Shown piece by piece: positions 40,205 to 53,051 of a stretch of DNA of 64,000 bases. Under the pieces are notes generated by a model. The model was not told where the DNA came from. It ran no database searches and saw only the letters and a list, made by a program, of their open reading frames with translations. The translations under genes were made by a program, and so were the position numbers. The stretch is taken from assembly GCA_048213135.1 (NCBI GenBank), contig PS015010.1:1984001-2048000 (forward strand), written 5' to 3'. The first letter of the stretch is position 1. Each line of letters opens with the position of its first letter. Source of the stretch: Reclinomonas americana ATCC 50394. Lineage: Eukaryota.

Positions 40205-41644
40205 TTACTCCGCGGCAGATTTCTTTTTCCCTGCTACCGCGAGATAGTACAAAGGTATTCCAATAGCAACGATAATGAGCCCCGGCCACACAAATTTTGG
40301 TTTGTAAATGATCAGGAGCGTACAAAAGGCCAGTCCCATGAGTATATAAAGGGCAGGCAGAACGGGGTAACCAAATGCTTTATAAGGACGATCTGCGTCG
40401 GGTCTTTTTTTCCTGAGGATGAAAATGCCGGCAATGGTAAGCATATAGAACATCACCACAACAAAAGAGATCATATCAAGCAGATCACCATACTTGCCGC
40501 TCAGGCACCAGGCTGCCGCAATAATGCATTGTATCCATAACGCGTAAGCAGGTACGCTGGCTTTGTTCAGTGTGCCGGCTTTCTTAAAGAAAAGACCGTC
40601 ATTGGCCATGGTATGGTATACCCTTGCACCGGCCAGTATGAGCCCATTATTACAGCCGAAAGTAGATACCATGATGAGCAGGGCGATCATAGTCGTACCG
40701 AATGCCGGGAATATTTTATTGGCAGCCGCGACAGCTACACGGTCATCGGCACAAAAGGCGATATCATTCAACGGCAGCACATTCAGGTACATCAGGTTGG
40801 TGCATACATAAATGATAGTAACGATCAGCGTTCCCAGGAAAAGGCTGAGGCCGATATTTCTTTTGGGATTCTTCATTTCACCGGCGATGAAGGTCACGTT
40901 GTTCCAGGCGTCGCTGCTGAAAATACTTCCCGTCATAGAAGCGGCAATGGCGCCCAGCAGGGCCGCTCCGCCTATGCCCCGCCATCCGGAAGGCGTTACA
41001 CCTTTACCATCCACACCTGCATCCTGCATGGCGTTGAACCCGGTAGCCATATTCTGCGACCAGAAGCTTTCCTTTACCAGGAAGAAGCCGAACAGGATAA
41101 GGCCGAATAAAGCCAGCAATTTGGCACTGGTAAAAATGGTTTGTATGAACTTCCCCTCCTTAATACCGCGGGAATTGATGAGGGTAAGGAGTATGATGAT
41201 GCCGATGGCCAGCAACTGGCCGGAGTGTATTTTCAGGCTGCCTATGGAGAATAAGTAGTAATTATTGCCGAGTTCCGGAACCAGGTAAGCGATGAATTTG
41301 CTGAAGGCCACACCCACAGCCGCGATGGTAGCGGTTTGAATAACGGCGAAAAAACTCCAGCCGTACAGGAAACCGGCCAATGGGTTAAACGCTTCTTTCA
41401 GGTAAACATACTGACCGCCGGCTTTGGGGAACATACCGCTCAGTTCGCCATAGCTCAAAGCGGCCGTCAGTGTCATAAAACCGGTGATCAGCCACACGGC
41501 GATGAGCCAGCCGGCACTGCCCACATTGCGGGTGATATCGGCGCTTACAATAAAGATACCCGAGCCGATCATCGATCCGGCAACGATCATGGTACCATCG
41601 AACAAACTGAGTGTTGGCTTGAATGCAGTGTTTTGGTCTGACAT
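40205..41644 (-). CDS. APC-family amino acid permease
   Basis: GSMIGSGIF, PKAGGQYVYL, AGEMKNPKRN, RPYKAFGYP; many TM segments. Confidence 0.95.
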   Translation of the reverse strand: MSDQNTAFKPTLSLFDGTMIVAGSMIGSGIFIVSADITRNVGSAGWLIAVWLITGFMTLTAALSYGELSGMFPKAGGQYVYLKEAFNPLAGFLYGWSFFAVIQTATIAAVGVAFSKFIAYLVPELGNNYYLFSIGSLKIHSGQLLAIGIIILLTLINSRGIKEGKFIQTIFTSAKLLALFGLILFGFFLVKESFWSQNMATGFNAMQDAGVDGKGVTPSGWRGIGGAALLGAIAASMTGSIFSSDAWNNVTFIAGEMKNPKRNIGLSLFLGTLIVTIIYVCTNLMYLNVLPLNDIAFCADDRVAVAAANKIFPAFGTTMIALLIMVSTFGCNNGLILAGARVYHTMANDGLFFKKAGTLNKASVPAYALWIQCIIAAAWCLSGKYGDLLDMISFVVVMFYMLTIAGIFILRKKRPDADRPYKAFGYPVLPALYILMGLAFCTLLIIYKPKFVWPGLIIVAIGIPLYYLAVAGKKKSAAE

Positions 41645-41695
41645 AAAAAAGTCCCGGTTTTTATACCAGGACAAGATAAATAAATTTAATCGTAA

Positions 41696-42316
41696 TTATT
41701 TCTTTATGAGGGCTTTCATTTTCTCATTCATTCCCCTGATGACATCATCGGTGATGTTGAGGGAGGGGTCGCGGTACACCATATAATCAAGACCGGTACC
41801 CGAGGTAAGGATGTACATGTACTTCTTTTCCTGGTTGTATTCGTTCAGGAAATCCTTGAGGGCTTTCTGCACTTCATCCATGAAACTGAAGTTCTTTTCG
41901 CTCAGCTTTTGTCCCATCGCCTGTTTTTTCCCTTCAATCTGCTGTTGTTGTTGTGCCAGGTAATTCTGGAATTTGATCACATCATCCTGGCTGGCGGTAT
42001 TGCCTTTCTCTTTAATGAATTTATTTTTTTCAGCTTCCAGGTTGCGCATACTGTTTTCCCATTCCGATTCGATCGCTTTTTGTTCCGCTTCCAGTTCTTT
42101 ACGTCTTTCCCTTACATAAGTTATCTTCTCATACATGGAATCCAGTTCCACATAAGCGATGGGTGAACGGCTGCAGTTGGTATCCTTACTGCCGGATGAT
42201 ACAGAACCTTTGTCACTGCCTTTTCCGCTTTTCTTCCCGGAAAAAGTATGATAAAAAAGATAGCCCACTGCCAGCAGCAGGACGAGGTTCAGTATTAAGG
42301 AAAATTGCTTCATCAA
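41696..42316 (-). CDS. OmpH/Skp-family chaperone
   Basis: IAYVELDSM, coiled coil, LNITDDVIRGMN. Confidence 0.85.
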   Translation of the reverse strand: MMKQFSLILNLVLLLAVGYLFYHTFSGKKSGKGSDKGSVSSGSKDTNCSRSPIAYVELDSMYEKITYVRERRKELEAEQKAIESEWENSMRNLEAEKNKFIKEKGNTASQDDVIKFQNYLAQQQQQIEGKKQAMGQKLSEKNFSFMDEVQKALKDFLNEYNQEKKYMYILTSGTGLDYMVYRDPSLNITDDVIRGMNEKMKALIKK

Positions 42317-42402
42317 TGCTAATGTTTAATCCGGCAAGATAACCACAAAAGCCAAATGGGCAATGAGTCAGGGCGAAGTTTTAGGAAACACTTAACCTAT
42401 CG

Positions 42403-42434
42403 GAATTATGAATTACGAATTATGAATTATGAAT
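42403..42434. repeat. Heptamer tandem repeat (GAATTAY)x4.5
   Basis: GAATTAT GAATTAC GAATTAT GAATTAT GAAT. Confidence 0.85.
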
Positions 42435-42550
42435 GGGTGGGGCTTGGGTTATTGCTGGTTGTTCAGCCCAGTAGCGGACACAGCCGAAAGACAATAACAG
42501 CAGGTCCCGTATACCTGATCCTTTCTATTAATTCCGGCAGGAGCAGCAAT

Positions 42551-42579
42551 AAAAAAGGAGCAGGGGTTAGCCTGCTCCT
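42551..42579 (-). terminator. Terminator of rpoBC
   Basis: AGGAGCAGG/CCTGCTCCT stem followed by a T run on the minus strand. Confidence 0.85.
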
Positions 42580-42600
42580 GTATAATGATCCTGAATGATC

Positions 42601-45600
42601 TTACTCTTCGTCGTCGAAGCTCATGGCCTCTTTCGTGGTCATCAGCAGTTCATATTCTTCCTTGCTGCCTACGATCATGTTCTCGAACTCACGCATACCG
42701 GTACCTGCAGGGATGTGGTGACCGGTGATCACGTTCTCTTTCAGGCCGAGCATTTCATCTGTTTTACCCTGGATGGCAGCAGATGACAATACTTTTGTTG
42801 TTTCCTGGAACGAAGCGGCAGATATCCAGCTATGTGTACCCAGTGAAGCCTTGGTAATACCCAGCAGCAACGGAGATGATGTTGCGGGTTTGGCGTCACG
42901 GTATTCCACCAGTTTTTTATCAGCCCTTCTCAGGATAGAGTTCTCTTCACGTACATCACGCAGGGTAACGATCTGACCAGCCCTCAGCTTGGTGCTTTCA
43001 CCGGCTTCGGTTACTACTTTCTTATCGAAAATATAGTCGTTCTCTACGTTAAAGTCGTAACGGTCCTCTGTATCTCCTTCAAGGAATTTGGTATCGCCCG
43101 CATCTTCAATAGTCACTTTACGCATCATCTGGCGAACGATCACTTCAATGTGCTTGTCGTTGATCTTCACACCCTGTAAGCGGTATACTTCCTGGATTTC
43201 GTTCACTACGTATTCCTGTACGGCAAACGGACCTTTGATGGCGAGGATGTCTGCAGGTGCGGTCTGACCGTCACTCAATGCAGCACCGGCTTTCACGAAG
43301 TCACCGTCCTGTACCAGGATCTGGCGACTCAGCGGCACCAGGTATTTCTTCACCACACCGTCTTTGGCTTCCACGATGATCTCGCGGTTACCACGCTTGA
43401 TGGCGCCAAAGGCTACCACACCGTCGATCTCGCAAACCACGGCAGGATTGCTCGGGTTACGGGCTTCAAACAGTTCGGTTACACGTGGCAGACCACCGGT
43501 GATATCCTTCAGTTTGCTCAGCACCCTTGGGATCTTCACCAGCACCTGTCCGCTCTTCACATCTTCAGCTTCTTCTACCACGATGTGAGAACCTACCGGC
43601 AGGTTATATACTTTCTTTTCTTTGCCTTCTACAATGATGGAAGGCAGTTTGGTTTTGTCTTTGGTTTCGATAACCACTTTCTCACGGTGACCGGTTTGTT
43701 CGTCGGCCTCATCGCGGTAGGTGATACCTTCAATCAGACTTTCGAAGTGAATGGTACCGTTCAGTTCGGCAACGATAACGTTGTTGAACGGATCCCAGGT
43801 ACAGATGATGTCGCCTTTGGCCACTTTCTGTCCATCCTTCACATTCAGTACCGCACCGTAAGGGATGTGCATGGTGTTCAGCAAACGATCGGATTTAACA
43901 TCGATGTTCCTGATCTCACCTGTACGGCCGATAACCACGTTCACTTTCTTACCGTCGTTGCTTTCGGTGCTAACCGTACGCAGACCGTCGAATTGCAGTG
44001 TACCGTCGAATTTGGCAGGTAATGTTGATTCTACCGAAGCAGAACCCGCAACACCACCTACGTGGAAGGTACGCAGGGTAAGCTGTGTACCCGGTTCACC
44101 GATTGACTGGGCAGCGATGATACCTACGGCGTCACCACGTTGTGCGGTCATACCGGATGCCAGGTTCTTACCATAACATTTCACACACACACCGCGTTTG
44201 CTTTCGCAGGTGAGTACGGAACGGATCTCTACGGTTTCAAGGCCGCTTTCTTCAATAAGCCTGGCCATTTCCGCGCTGATCTCTTCGCCTGCGCCGATCA
44301 TCAGTTCTTCCGTTACCGGGTGGAACACGTCGTGCAGTGAAGTACGTCCTTCGATCCTGTCGCTCAGCGGTTCAATAATGTCCTCGTTATCTTTCAGTGC
44401 AGAAGTAGCAATACCACGCAGGGTACCGCAATCCTCTTCATTAATTACCACGTCCTGTGAAACGTCCACCAAACGACGGGTCAGGTAACCGGCATCAGCC
44501 GTTTTAAGGGCCGTATCCGCCAGACCTTTACGGGCACCGTGCGTTGAGATGAAGTATTCCAATACGCTCAGACCGTCTTTAAAGTTGGCGAGGATCGGGT
44601 TTTCGATGATCTCGCTTCCTGATGAACCGGATTTACGCGGTTTAGCCATCAGGCCCCTCAGGCCGGCCAGCTGTTTGATCTGCTGCTTGCTACCACGGGC
44701 ACCGCTGTCGAGCATCATGTACACGGAGTTGAAGCCTTGTTTGTCGGTAGCCAGTTCACGGATCAGGGTTTCCGTCACCTTCGTATCCACACGGCTCCAG
44801 ATGTCGATGATCTGGTTGTAGCGTTCGTTGTTGGTGATCAGACCCATATTGTAGTTTTCCCAAACCTCGTCCACTTCCACCTGTGCGTTCTCGATCATTT
44901 CCTGTTTAACCTCAGGGATGATGAGATCGTTGATGTTGAACGACAGACCACCACGGAAGGCCATACGGTATCCGAGTGTTTTGATATCGTCCAGGAACTT
45001 GGCAGTGATGGGAACACTTGTCCATTTAATGATATCGCCAATGATCTCACGCAAAGATTTTTTGGTGAGCAGGGCGTTGATGAAACCTACTTCTTTTGGA
45101 ACAAACTGGTTGAAGATCACACGGCCAACAGTGGTATCGAGCAGTTTCCTGCTGAGGGTACCGTCGGTATTGCGCACATCGGTTTTAACTTTGATGTGGG
45201 CGTGCAGGTCAACCTGTTTTTCGTTATAAGCGATGATCACTTCTTCGGCAGAGTAGAAAGCTTTACCTTCTCCCCTTACCTTTTCAGTTTCCGTTGATTT
45301 TTTTCCTTTGGTGATGTAGTACAGACCGAGTACCATGTCCTGAGAAGGCAGGGTGATCGGCGTACCGTTCTGCGGGTTCAGGATGTTGTGCGAACTCAGC
45401 ATCAGCAACTGGGCTTCCAGGATGGCTGCACTGCTCAGCGGCACGTGAACGGCCATCTGGTCACCGTCAAAGTCGGCGTTGAACGCGGTCGTTACCAGCG
45501 GGTGCAACTGTATCGCTTTACCTTCGATCAGTTTAGGCTGGAAGGCCTGGATAGACAGACGGTGAAGGGTTGGCGCCCTGTTCAGCATAACCGGGTGACC

Positions 45601-46893
45601 TTTCAGTATATTTTCAAGAATGTCCCAGATGATGGCTTCTTTTTTATCTACCAGCTTACGGGCACTCTTAACGGTTTTTACGATACCCCTTTCAATCAGT
45701 TTACGAATGATAAAGGGTTTGAACAGTTCGGCAGCCATATCTTTCGGCAGGCCGCATTCGTGCATCTTCAGTTCAGGACCTACCACGATAACGGAACGAC
45801 CAGAGTAGTCAACACGTTTACCCAACAGGTTCTGACGGAAACGGCCTTGTTTACCTTTCAATACGTCTGACAGTGATTTCAGCGCACGGCCACCTTCTGC
45901 TTTTACCGCATTTGATTTACGTGAGTTATCGAACAATGAGTCGATCGCTTCCTGCAGCATACGTTTTTCATTACGCAGGATCACTTCCGGCGCCTTGATC
46001 TCGAGCAACCTTTTCAGACGGTTGTTACGGATGATCACACGACGGTACAGATCATTCAGATCGGATGAAGCGAAACGGCCACCATCCAGTGGAACGAGCG
46101 GACGCAGTTCCGGTGGAATAACGGGGATGTATTGCATCACCATCCATTCCGGACGGTTGTTGATGCGGGTATTGGCTTCACGGAAACTTTCCACTACGCT
46201 CAAACGCTTCAGGGCGTCTGCTTTACGTTGTTGTGAAGTTTCATTGGCCGCGGCATTACGCAGGTCGAAGCTCAGCTGATCGAGGTCGATGCGCTGCAGC
46301 ATATCATGTACCGCTTCTGCACCCATCTTGGCGATGAATTTGTTCGGATCTTCATCCGGCAGATGCTGGTTGTCTTTTGGCAGGGTATCTAAAATATCCA
46401 GGTATTCTTCTTCCGTCAGCAGGTCAGCGTAGTTCTGGCCTTTGTCGGTACGGACACCGGGCTGTATCACCACGAAACGTTCGTAGTAAACAATGCTCTC
46501 CAGTTTTTTGGAGCTCATACCCAGCAGGTAACCGATCTTATTCGGCAGTGATTTGAAGTACCAGATATGCACTACAGGCACCACCAGTTTGATGTGGCCC
46601 ATCCTTTCGCGGCGTACTTTCTTTTCTGTTACTTCCACACCGCAACGGTCGCACACGATACCCTTGTAACGGATACGTTTGTACTTACCGCATGCACATT
46701 CGTAATCTTTCACCGGTCCGAAGATCCTTTCGCAGAACAAACCATCACGTTCGGGTTTGTAGGTACGATAGTTGATCGTTTCCGGCTTTAACACTTCACC
46801 ATAGCTTTTTTCTAAAATACTATCCGGGGAAGCCAGTCCTATCGTGATCTGCGAAAAGGTGGCCCTTGGACGATTTTCTTTTTTGAATGCCAT
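42601..46893 (-). CDS. rpoC: RNA polymerase beta' subunit
   Basis: KPETINYRT, zinc finger, [20 protein letters not shown]. Confidence 0.99.
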   Translation of the reverse strand: MAFKKENRPRATFSQITIGLASPDSILEKSYGEVLKPETINYRTYKPERDGLFCERIFGPVKDYECACGKYKRIRYKGIVCDRCGVEVTEKKVRRERMGHIKLVVPVVHIWYFKSLPNKIGYLLGMSSKKLESIVYYERFVVIQPGVRTDKGQNYADLLTEEEYLDILDTLPKDNQHLPDEDPNKFIAKMGAEAVHDMLQRIDLDQLSFDLRNAAANETSQQRKADALKRLSVVESFREANTRINNRPEWMVMQYIPVIPPELRPLVPLDGGRFASSDLNDLYRRVIIRNNRLKRLLEIKAPEVILRNEKRMLQEAIDSLFDNSRKSNAVKAEGGRALKSLSDVLKGKQGRFRQNLLGKRVDYSGRSVIVVGPELKMHECGLPKDMAAELFKPFIIRKLIERGIVKTVKSARKLVDKKEAIIWDILENILKGHPVMLNRAPTLHRLSIQAFQPKLIEGKAIQLHPLVTTAFNADFDGDQMAVHVPLSSAAILEAQLLMLSSHNILNPQNGTPITLPSQDMVLGLYYITKGKKSTETEKVRGEGKAFYSAEEVIIAYNEKQVDLHAHIKVKTDVRNTDGTLSRKLLDTTVGRVIFNQFVPKEVGFINALLTKKSLREIIGDIIKWTSVPITAKFLDDIKTLGYRMAFRGGLSFNINDLIIPEVKQEMIENAQVEVDEVWENYNMGLITNNERYNQIIDIWSRVDTKVTETLIRELATDKQGFNSVYMMLDSGARGSKQQIKQLAGLRGLMAKPRKSGSSGSEIIENPILANFKDGLSVLEYFISTHGARKGLADTALKTADAGYLTRRLVDVSQDVVINEEDCGTLRGIATSALKDNEDIIEPLSDRIEGRTSLHDVFHPVTEELMIGAGEEISAEMARLIEESGLETVEIRSVLTCESKRGVCVKCYGKNLASGMTAQRGDAVGIIAAQSIGEPGTQLTLRTFHVGGVAGSASVESTLPAKFDGTLQFDGLRTVSTESNDGKKVNVVIGRTGEIRNIDVKSDRLLNTMHIPYGAVLNVKDGQKVAKGDIICTWDPFNNVIVAELNGTIHFESLIEGITYRDEADEQTGHREKVVIETKDKTKLPSIIVEGKEKKVYNLPVGSHIVVEEAEDVKSGQVLVKIPRVLSKLKDITGGLPRVTELFEARNPSNPAVVCEIDGVVAFGAIKRGNREIIVEAKDGVVKKYLVPLSRQILVQDGDFVKAGAALSDGQTAPADILAIKGPFAVQEYVVNEIQEVYRLQGVKINDKHIEVIVRQMMRKVTIEDAGDTKFLEGDTEDRYDFNVENDYIFDKKVVTEAGESTKLRAGQIVTLRDVREENSILRRADKKLVEYRDAKPATSSPLLLGITKASLGTHSWISAASFQETTKVLSSAAIQGKTDEMLGLKENVITGHHIPAGTGMREFENMIVGSKEEYELLMTTKEAMSFDDEE

Positions 46894-46918
46894 ATTTAGT
46901 TTACTGTTTGTAATTTTT

Positions 46919-47019
46919 AAAAATTCAAAAGTTAAAATTCAAAAGTCAAAATGCTAAACTGAATACTCCTCTTTCTATCTTCCTCTCCTTTTTACTTTTG
47001 ACTTTTTACTTTTGACTTT
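46919..47019. repeat. Inverted pair of AAAA(G/T)TH heptamer arrays in the rpoB-rpoC spacer
   Basis: AAAATTC AAAAGTT AAAATTC AAAAGTC (46920-46947) opposite TTTTTACTTTTGACTTTTTACTTTTGACTT (46989-47018). Confidence 0.8.
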
Positions 47020-50000
47020 AGTCGAACTTCAGGTCAAGGCCCAGGCCACGTAATTCGTGAACCAGTACATTGAACGATTCCGGAATACCCGCCCTTGGAA
47101 TGTTATCACCTTTAACAATGGCCTCGTAGGTCTTCGCCCTTCCGATGATGTCATCCGATTTCAGCGTCAGCAGTTCCTGCAGGATGTTGGAAGCACCATA
47201 TGCTTCGAGGGCCCACACTTCCATCTCACCGAAACGCTGTCCACCGAACTGGGCTTTACCACCCAATGGTTGCTGCGTGATGAGACTGTAGGGTCCGATC
47301 GAACGGGCGTGCATCTTATCATCCACCATGTGGTGCAGTTTGATGATGTAGATGATACCCACGGTAGCTTTCTGATCGAAGCGTTCACCGGTTTCACCGT
47401 CGTACAGGTAAGTATGACCGAATTTAGGCAGACCGGCTTCGGTGATCTTCTGATCGATCTCTTCTACGCTGGCACCGTCAAAGATCGGTGTCGCGAAACG
47501 GCAACCCAGTTTTTCACCGGCCCATCCGAGAACGGTTTCATAGATCTGTCCGAGGTTCATACGGCTTGGTACACCCAGCGGGTTCAGTACGATGTCAACA
47601 GGCGTTCCGTCTTCAAGGAACGGCATGTCTTCCTGGCGAACGATTTTGGCCACAATACCTTTGTTACCGTGGCGGCCCGCCATTTTATCACCCACTTTCA
47701 GCTTACGCTTAACCGCCATATACACTTTAGCGAGTTTCAGTACACCTGCAGGCAGTTCATCACCGATAGAGATGTTGAATTTCTCACGCTTGTAACGGCC
47801 GAGTTCTTCGTTGTATTTAATATTATAGTTGTGCAGCAGGATGTTGATCAGTTCGTCAGTCTTGCTGTCGCCTGTCCAACCCAGCGGGTTCACATTCTGG
47901 TAATCAATATTGGCGAGGTTCTTCGCGTTGAATTTGGCGCCTTTACCGATCAGTACTTCACCGAAATTGTTGCTTACACCTGTGCTGGCTTTGTCTTTCA
48001 GCAGGGTCTGCAGTTTGTTGATCAGCAGTTCCAGCAGGTCGGCTTCATTCTTCTCGTGTACTTTTTCGATCTTTTCCAGTTGCGCCTTTTCCCTCACTTT
48101 GGCATTCTTATCTTTCTTCGCACGCTGGAACAGTTTTTTATCGATCACCACACCTTCAGTACCGCTTGGTGCTTTCAGTGAAGCATCTTTCGCGTCACCG
48201 GCTTTATCGCCGAAGATGGCACGCAGCAGTTTTTCTTCCGGTGTAGGATCACTTTCACCTTTCGGAGTGATCTTACCAATGATGATGTCGCCTTCTTTAA
48301 TGTGAGCACCGATACGGATGATACCGTTCTGATCCAAATCTTTGGTAGCTTCTTCACTCACGTTCGGGATATCCGGCGTCAGTTCTTCTTCACCCAGTTT
48401 GGTATCACGTACTTCAATTTCAAACTCACTGATATGGATAGACGTAAAGAGATCTTCTTTTACCACTTTCTCGCTGATCACGATGGCATCCTCGAAGTTG
48501 TAACCTTTCCATGGCATGAACGCCACTTTCATGTTACGGCCCAGGGCCAGTTCACCACCTTTGGTCGCGTAACCTTCGGTAAGGAAGTCGCCTTCCACTA
48601 CTTTCTGGCCTTTCGCTACCGCGGGGCGGAGGTTGATGCAGGTTTCCTGGTTGGTGCGAACGAATTTGGTGAGTTTATATACTACCAGGTCTTCTTCAAA
48701 AGAAACCAGTTGCTGTGTTTCATTGCGTTTGTAACGAACATGGATCTCGTTGGCGTCAACGAATTCCACTACACCGTCACCATCAGCGTGGATCTGGATC
48801 CTCGCGTCACGTGCGGCTTTGCCTTCCAGGCCGGTACCCACGATAGGTACTTCCGGCTTGATCAGCGGTACAGCCTGGCGTTGCATGTTTGATCCCATCA
48901 GCGCACGGTTGGCATCGTCATGCTCCAGGAACGGGATCAATGAAGCACTGAGGCCCACGATCTGGTTAGGAGCAACGTCCATATATTCCACTTCGCCTTT
49001 GTCGAGGATCGGGAAGTCACCGGTTTGGCGGCTCTTGATCTTATCTTCAACGAAGTTTCCTTTTTCATCAATATCGATATTCGCCTGTGCGATCTTGGCG
49101 GTATCTTCTTCTTCAGCACTCAGGAAAGTGATCTTTTTCATATCCACTTTACCATGATCTACTTTACGGTACGGGGTTTCGATGAAGCCCATATCGTTGA
49201 TCTTGGCGTGAACACAGAGTGTGGAGATCAGACCAATGTTCGGACCTTCCGGTGTTTCGATCGTACAGAGACGACCGTAGTGAGAGTAGTGAACGTCACG
49301 CACCTCAAAGCCTGCCCTTTCACGGCTCAGACCACCGGGTCCGAGTGCGGAGATACGACGCTTGTGCGTGATCTCACTTAAAGGATTGGTTTGATCGAGG
49401 AACTGCGATAACTGGGATGTACCGAAGAAAGAGTTGATCACGGAAGACAGTGTCCTCGCGTTGATCAGGTCTACCGGTGTGAACACCTCGTTGTCACGAA
49501 CGTTCATCCTTTCACGGATGGTACGGGCCATACGGGCCAGACCTACACCGAACTGGGCGTAGAGCTGTTCGCCCACGGTACGCACACGACGGTTGCTCAG
49601 GTGATCGATATCATCCACCTCGCTCTTGCCGTTGGTCAGCAGTACGAGTGTTTTGATGATCGCGATGATATCGTCTTTAGTGAGTACTTTTTTGGTGATC
49701 GGGAAATCAAGGCCCAGGCGGCGGTTGATCTTGTAACGGCCAACTTCGCCAAGGTCGTAACGCTTGTCGCTGAAGAACAGTTTGTCGATGATACCACGGG
49801 CGGTTTCATCATCGGGTGCATCAGCGCCACGCAGTTGTTTATAGATATGCTGTACCGCTTCCAGTTCACTGTTAGAGGTATCTTTATTCAGTGTGTTGTA
49901 GATGATCGCGTAATCACCGCTCACTTCTTCTTTCTGGATGAAGATGCTTTTCACATCCATTTCCAGGATCATGGCGATGTTGGATTCGTCGAGAACGGTA

Positions 50001-50827
50001 TCCCTTTCCAGCACGATCTCGTTACGTTCGATAGACACCACTTCACCGGTATCTTCATCCACAAAATCTTCTACCCAGGTACGGAGTACACGGGCAGCGA
50101 GGCGTTTGCCGATATAGTTAGCGAGTGTTTTTTTATCCGCTTTCACTTCATTGGCCATACCGAACAGTTCCAGGATATCCTTATCGGTTTCAAAACCAAT
50201 AGAACGCAGCAGCGTGGTTACCGGGAATTTTTTCTTACGGTCGATATAAGCGAACATCACGTTGTTGATGTCGGTAGCGAATTCCATCCAGGCGCCTTTG
50301 AAAGGGATCACACGGGCGGAGTAGATCTTGGTTCCGTTCGGGTGAACCGACTGGCCGAAGAATACGCCGGGTGAACGGTGGAGCTGGCTTACCACTACAC
50401 GTTCGGCACCGTTGATCACGAAAGTACCACGCGGTGTCATGTAGGGAATGTTACCCAGGAAAACGTCCTGAACGATCGTCTGGAAATCCACGTGTTCCTC
50501 GTCGTTACAGCTCAGCCTCAGTTTTGCTTTCAGTGGAACCGCGTAAGTGAGCCCCCTTTCAATACACTCTTCAATGGTATAGCGCGGAGGATCCACGAAA
50601 TAGTCAAGAAATTCCAGTACGAAAATGTTACGGGTGTCGGTGATCGGGAAATTTTCCTTGAACACGCGGAACAGACCTTCCACATTACGTTTGTCGGGAG
50701 TGGTTTCCAACTGGAAGAAATCTTTGAATGACTGAATCTGGATTCCGAGCAAATCGGGGGTCTCCGCCAGCAGTTCAACTTTACCGAAATTGATGCGCTG
50801 TGCGGCTTGTGTTTTTGTTGCAGACAT
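47018..50827 (-). CDS. rpoB: RNA polymerase beta subunit
   Basis: [52 protein letters not shown]. Confidence 0.99.
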   Translation of the reverse strand: MSATKTQAAQRINFGKVELLAETPDLLGIQIQSFKDFFQLETTPDKRNVEGLFRVFKENFPITDTRNIFVLEFLDYFVDPPRYTIEECIERGLTYAVPLKAKLRLSCNDEEHVDFQTIVQDVFLGNIPYMTPRGTFVINGAERVVVSQLHRSPGVFFGQSVHPNGTKIYSARVIPFKGAWMEFATDINNVMFAYIDRKKKFPVTTLLRSIGFETDKDILELFGMANEVKADKKTLANYIGKRLAARVLRTWVEDFVDEDTGEVVSIERNEIVLERDTVLDESNIAMILEMDVKSIFIQKEEVSGDYAIIYNTLNKDTSNSELEAVQHIYKQLRGADAPDDETARGIIDKLFFSDKRYDLGEVGRYKINRRLGLDFPITKKVLTKDDIIAIIKTLVLLTNGKSEVDDIDHLSNRRVRTVGEQLYAQFGVGLARMARTIRERMNVRDNEVFTPVDLINARTLSSVINSFFGTSQLSQFLDQTNPLSEITHKRRISALGPGGLSRERAGFEVRDVHYSHYGRLCTIETPEGPNIGLISTLCVHAKINDMGFIETPYRKVDHGKVDMKKITFLSAEEEDTAKIAQANIDIDEKGNFVEDKIKSRQTGDFPILDKGEVEYMDVAPNQIVGLSASLIPFLEHDDANRALMGSNMQRQAVPLIKPEVPIVGTGLEGKAARDARIQIHADGDGVVEFVDANEIHVRYKRNETQQLVSFEEDLVVYKLTKFVRTNQETCINLRPAVAKGQKVVEGDFLTEGYATKGGELALGRNMKVAFMPWKGYNFEDAIVISEKVVKEDLFTSIHISEFEIEVRDTKLGEEELTPDIPNVSEEATKDLDQNGIIRIGAHIKEGDIIIGKITPKGESDPTPEEKLLRAIFGDKAGDAKDASLKAPSGTEGVVIDKKLFQRAKKDKNAKVREKAQLEKIEKVHEKNEADLLELLINKLQTLLKDKASTGVSNNFGEVLIGKGAKFNAKNLANIDYQNVNPLGWTGDSKTDELINILLHNYNIKYNEELGRYKREKFNISIGDELPAGVLKLAKVYMAVKRKLKVGDKMAGRHGNKGIVAKIVRQEDMPFLEDGTPVDIVLNPLGVPSRMNLGQIYETVLGWAGEKLGCRFATPIFDGASVEEIDQKITEAGLPKFGHTYLYDGETGERFDQKATVGIIYIIKLHHMVDDKMHARSIGPYSLITQQPLGGKAQFGGQRFGEMEVWALEAYGASNILQELLTLKSDDIIGRAKTYEAIVKGDNIPRAGIPESFNVLVHELRGLGLDLKFD

Positions 50828-50918
50828 ATTGTAATTAAAACGTTTTAGTGTGCAGAAGACCTTTTCATTTGTGGTGAGTATTCATAAATAATGCCACTAA
50901 CCCCAAATTAAAGGAGGG

Positions 50919-50926
50919 CAAAGTTA
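50919..50926 (-). promoter_or_regulatory. -7 promoter element upstream of rpoB
   Basis: Minus strand TAACTTTG (TAnnTTTG), about 90 nt before the rpoB ATG. Confidence 0.6.
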
Positions 50927-51234
50927 CATATATTTTCGCTATTTTTTACTTACTCAAGGCTATTTTTTAGGATTTTGGAAAGGTTTTTGCTGAAAAAACG
51001 ACTTTTGGGCTTTTTATACACATTCTGAAGGAGTTAAGTTCCGCTGTTGTCCTGCTTCACCCCTCCCGGCTCCATCTTTTCCTTTTTGAAGAATCCGTTA
51101 TTAATATACATTGATTTTCAATACAATATATCTTTCCCGCCAGTAGCATTATACTCAAAAACCGGGTGAAACCATTTCCCAATTTGCCCGGAAGGCCATA
51201 GATTGCAGCCTGTTTCATCATTTTTACCCATTTT

Positions 51235-52290
51235 ATGATCTTTTCCACCGAAGCCGGTATACAGGGCCTGTCTATTCACTACTCTGGTAACCCGGCAGCC
51301 GGAGAAGACTGTGTTCTGTCGGATCAGCCCACTCCCCTGCCGGACGAGATACTTGAGCGACTGCTGATACAATATTTTACGGCTTCCTTTGAGAAGACTA
51401 CCGAGATATTCGGGTTTACCCATACTTCGGGCGACCTCGGTCTGAATGAGATGTTCCATTTTTCTTCCCTCATTTTTGAAGATCCGTCCGTTTTGCATGA
51501 TACCAGCCGGAAAATCATGCGCCACCTGTATGAATGTTCCGGTCACCCGCGGATCAGGCCGGGCGAAGTATACGTGGTGTATTTCAGGCAACTGCAGGTG
51601 GAAGGCGAACTGACCAACGCTCTGGGCATATTCAAATCGGAAACCAAGGAGTCTTACCTGAAGGTAAACTCCAGCGGCGGAGATTTCAGTATCAGTTATG
51701 AGCAGGATGCCATCAATATCCGTAAACCTGATAAAGGGTGTCTTATTTTCAATACTAAGAAAGAGGAAGGGTATAAAGTCGCCGTAATTGACCAGACCAA
51801 CCGAGGTGCTGAAGCGGCATACTGGGTAGATGAGTTTCTTAAACTGAAAGCCAGGAATGATGAATATGCGCAAACCCACGCGGTGCTGAAAGTATACAAA
51901 GAATTTGTGACCGATAAACTGGGGGAATCATTCGACCTGCAGCGTACCGATAAAATTGACCTGCTCAACCGTTCGATCAAATATTTTAAGGAGAATGACC
52001 AGTTTAACCTGCAGGAGTTCAGTGAAGAGGTGATCGCTAACGAGGAAGGTATACGGTCCTTTCATGAGTATAAGAACAACTATGAACAGGAATACGGTAC
52101 TTCCATAGATGACCAGTTCGCCATTTCAAACGCCGCTGTAAAAAGGCAGGCCAGGATATACCGCAGCATTCTGAAACTGGACCGCAATTTCCATGTCTAC
52201 ATTCACGGCAACAAGGAAATGATCGAGAAAGGATATGATGAACAGACCGGCCTGCATTATTACAAGTTATATTTCAGGGAAGAGAATTGA
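51235..52290 (+). CDS. Nucleoid-associated protein (NA37/YejK-like)
   Basis: LSIHYSGN, HLYECSGHPRIRPGE, GIFKSE, DKGCLIFN, YWVDEFL, LKLDRNFHVYIHG. Confidence 0.8.
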   Translation: MIFSTEAGIQGLSIHYSGNPAAGEDCVLSDQPTPLPDEILERLLIQYFTASFEKTTEIFGFTHTSGDLGLNEMFHFSSLIFEDPSVLHDTSRKIMRHLYECSGHPRIRPGEVYVVYFRQLQVEGELTNALGIFKSETKESYLKVNSSGGDFSISYEQDAINIRKPDKGCLIFNTKKEEGYKVAVIDQTNRGAEAAYWVDEFLKLKARNDEYAQTHAVLKVYKEFVTDKLGESFDLQRTDKIDLLNRSIKYFKENDQFNLQEFSEEVIANEEGIRSFHEYKNNYEQEYGTSIDDQFAISNAAVKRQARIYRSILKLDRNFHVYIHGNKEMIEKGYDEQTGLHYYKLYFREEN

Positions 52291-52295
52291 CGCGT

Positions 52296-53051
52296 TTACA
52301 ATCCTATCGAATCCAGGAAATCGCCTTTTTTCCTGCTCGACACCGGAACGGTACTTCCGTCTTCCATTTCAATATAGCTTTCCTTACCCCGGTAAAACTT
52401 ACTCAGGAATTTCCGGTTCACCACCCAGCTGTGGTGTACCCGCACAAACTGTACTTCCGATAACAGTTTCTCTATTTCCCCGAGGCTTTTGGAACAGGTG
52501 ATCTTCTGCCCCCTGACCAGGTAAACGATGCAGTAGCTCCCTTTTGCTTCCAGGCGTATGATATCATCAGCATTAACGAACTGTACACCTTCCGCAATGG
52601 GTACGCTGATCTTGAACTGCGGCGTTTGTTGCTTTAGCTGCTCCAGCACATCAGTAATGTTCCGGGCGGTTTTAGTGGCATTGATCTTTTCCACTGCTTT
52701 TGCCGTTGCATGTTTCAGTTCCGCGATGCTGATCGGTTTCAGTATGTAGTCGACCGCGTTCTGCCGGAATGCCTTTACCGCGTATTCGTTGAACGCGGTG
52801 ATAAAGATCACTTCAAACCAGATGCCTGTGGTATTCTGCAATTTTTCCAGCAGTTCGAAAGCATTGCCCTGATTCAGTTCAATATCCAGGTACACCAATT
52901 GAGGTTTTACAGAAGTGATCAGATCATAGGCTTTGTCGAGGTTGGTTGCGCTGCCAACCAGCTCCACATCCGCAGAGCAGTGGGTTTCAATAAAGGTTCT
53001 CAGGAGAACGATGTTCCTGGGTTCATCCTCAATATAAACGGCTTTTATCAT
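52296..53051 (-). CDS. LytTR-family response regulator
   Basis: IEDEP, VYLDIEL, FITAFNEYA, DYILKP, FVRVHHSWVVN. Confidence 0.95.
   Translation of the reverse strand: MIKAVYIEDEPRNIVLLRTFIETHCSADVELVGSATNLDKAYDLITSVKPQLVYLDIELNQGNAFELLEKLQNTTGIWFEVIFITAFNEYAVKAFRQNAVDYILKPISIAELKHATAKAVEKINATKTARNITDVLEQLKQQTPQFKISVPIAEGVQFVNADDIIRLEAKGSYCIVYLVRGQKITCSKSLGEIEKLLSEVQFVRVHHSWVVNRKFLSKFYRGKESYIEMEDGSTVPVSSRKKGDFLDSIGL

Noticed and set aside
42725-50778. Many overlapping ORFs within rpoB/rpoC (e.g. 47057-48181)
   Set aside because: Antisense or out-of-frame shadows of highly biased genes.
51235-52290. Nucleoid-associated protein as an anti-phage system component
   Set aside because: Stand-alone gene with no partner defence genes nearby.
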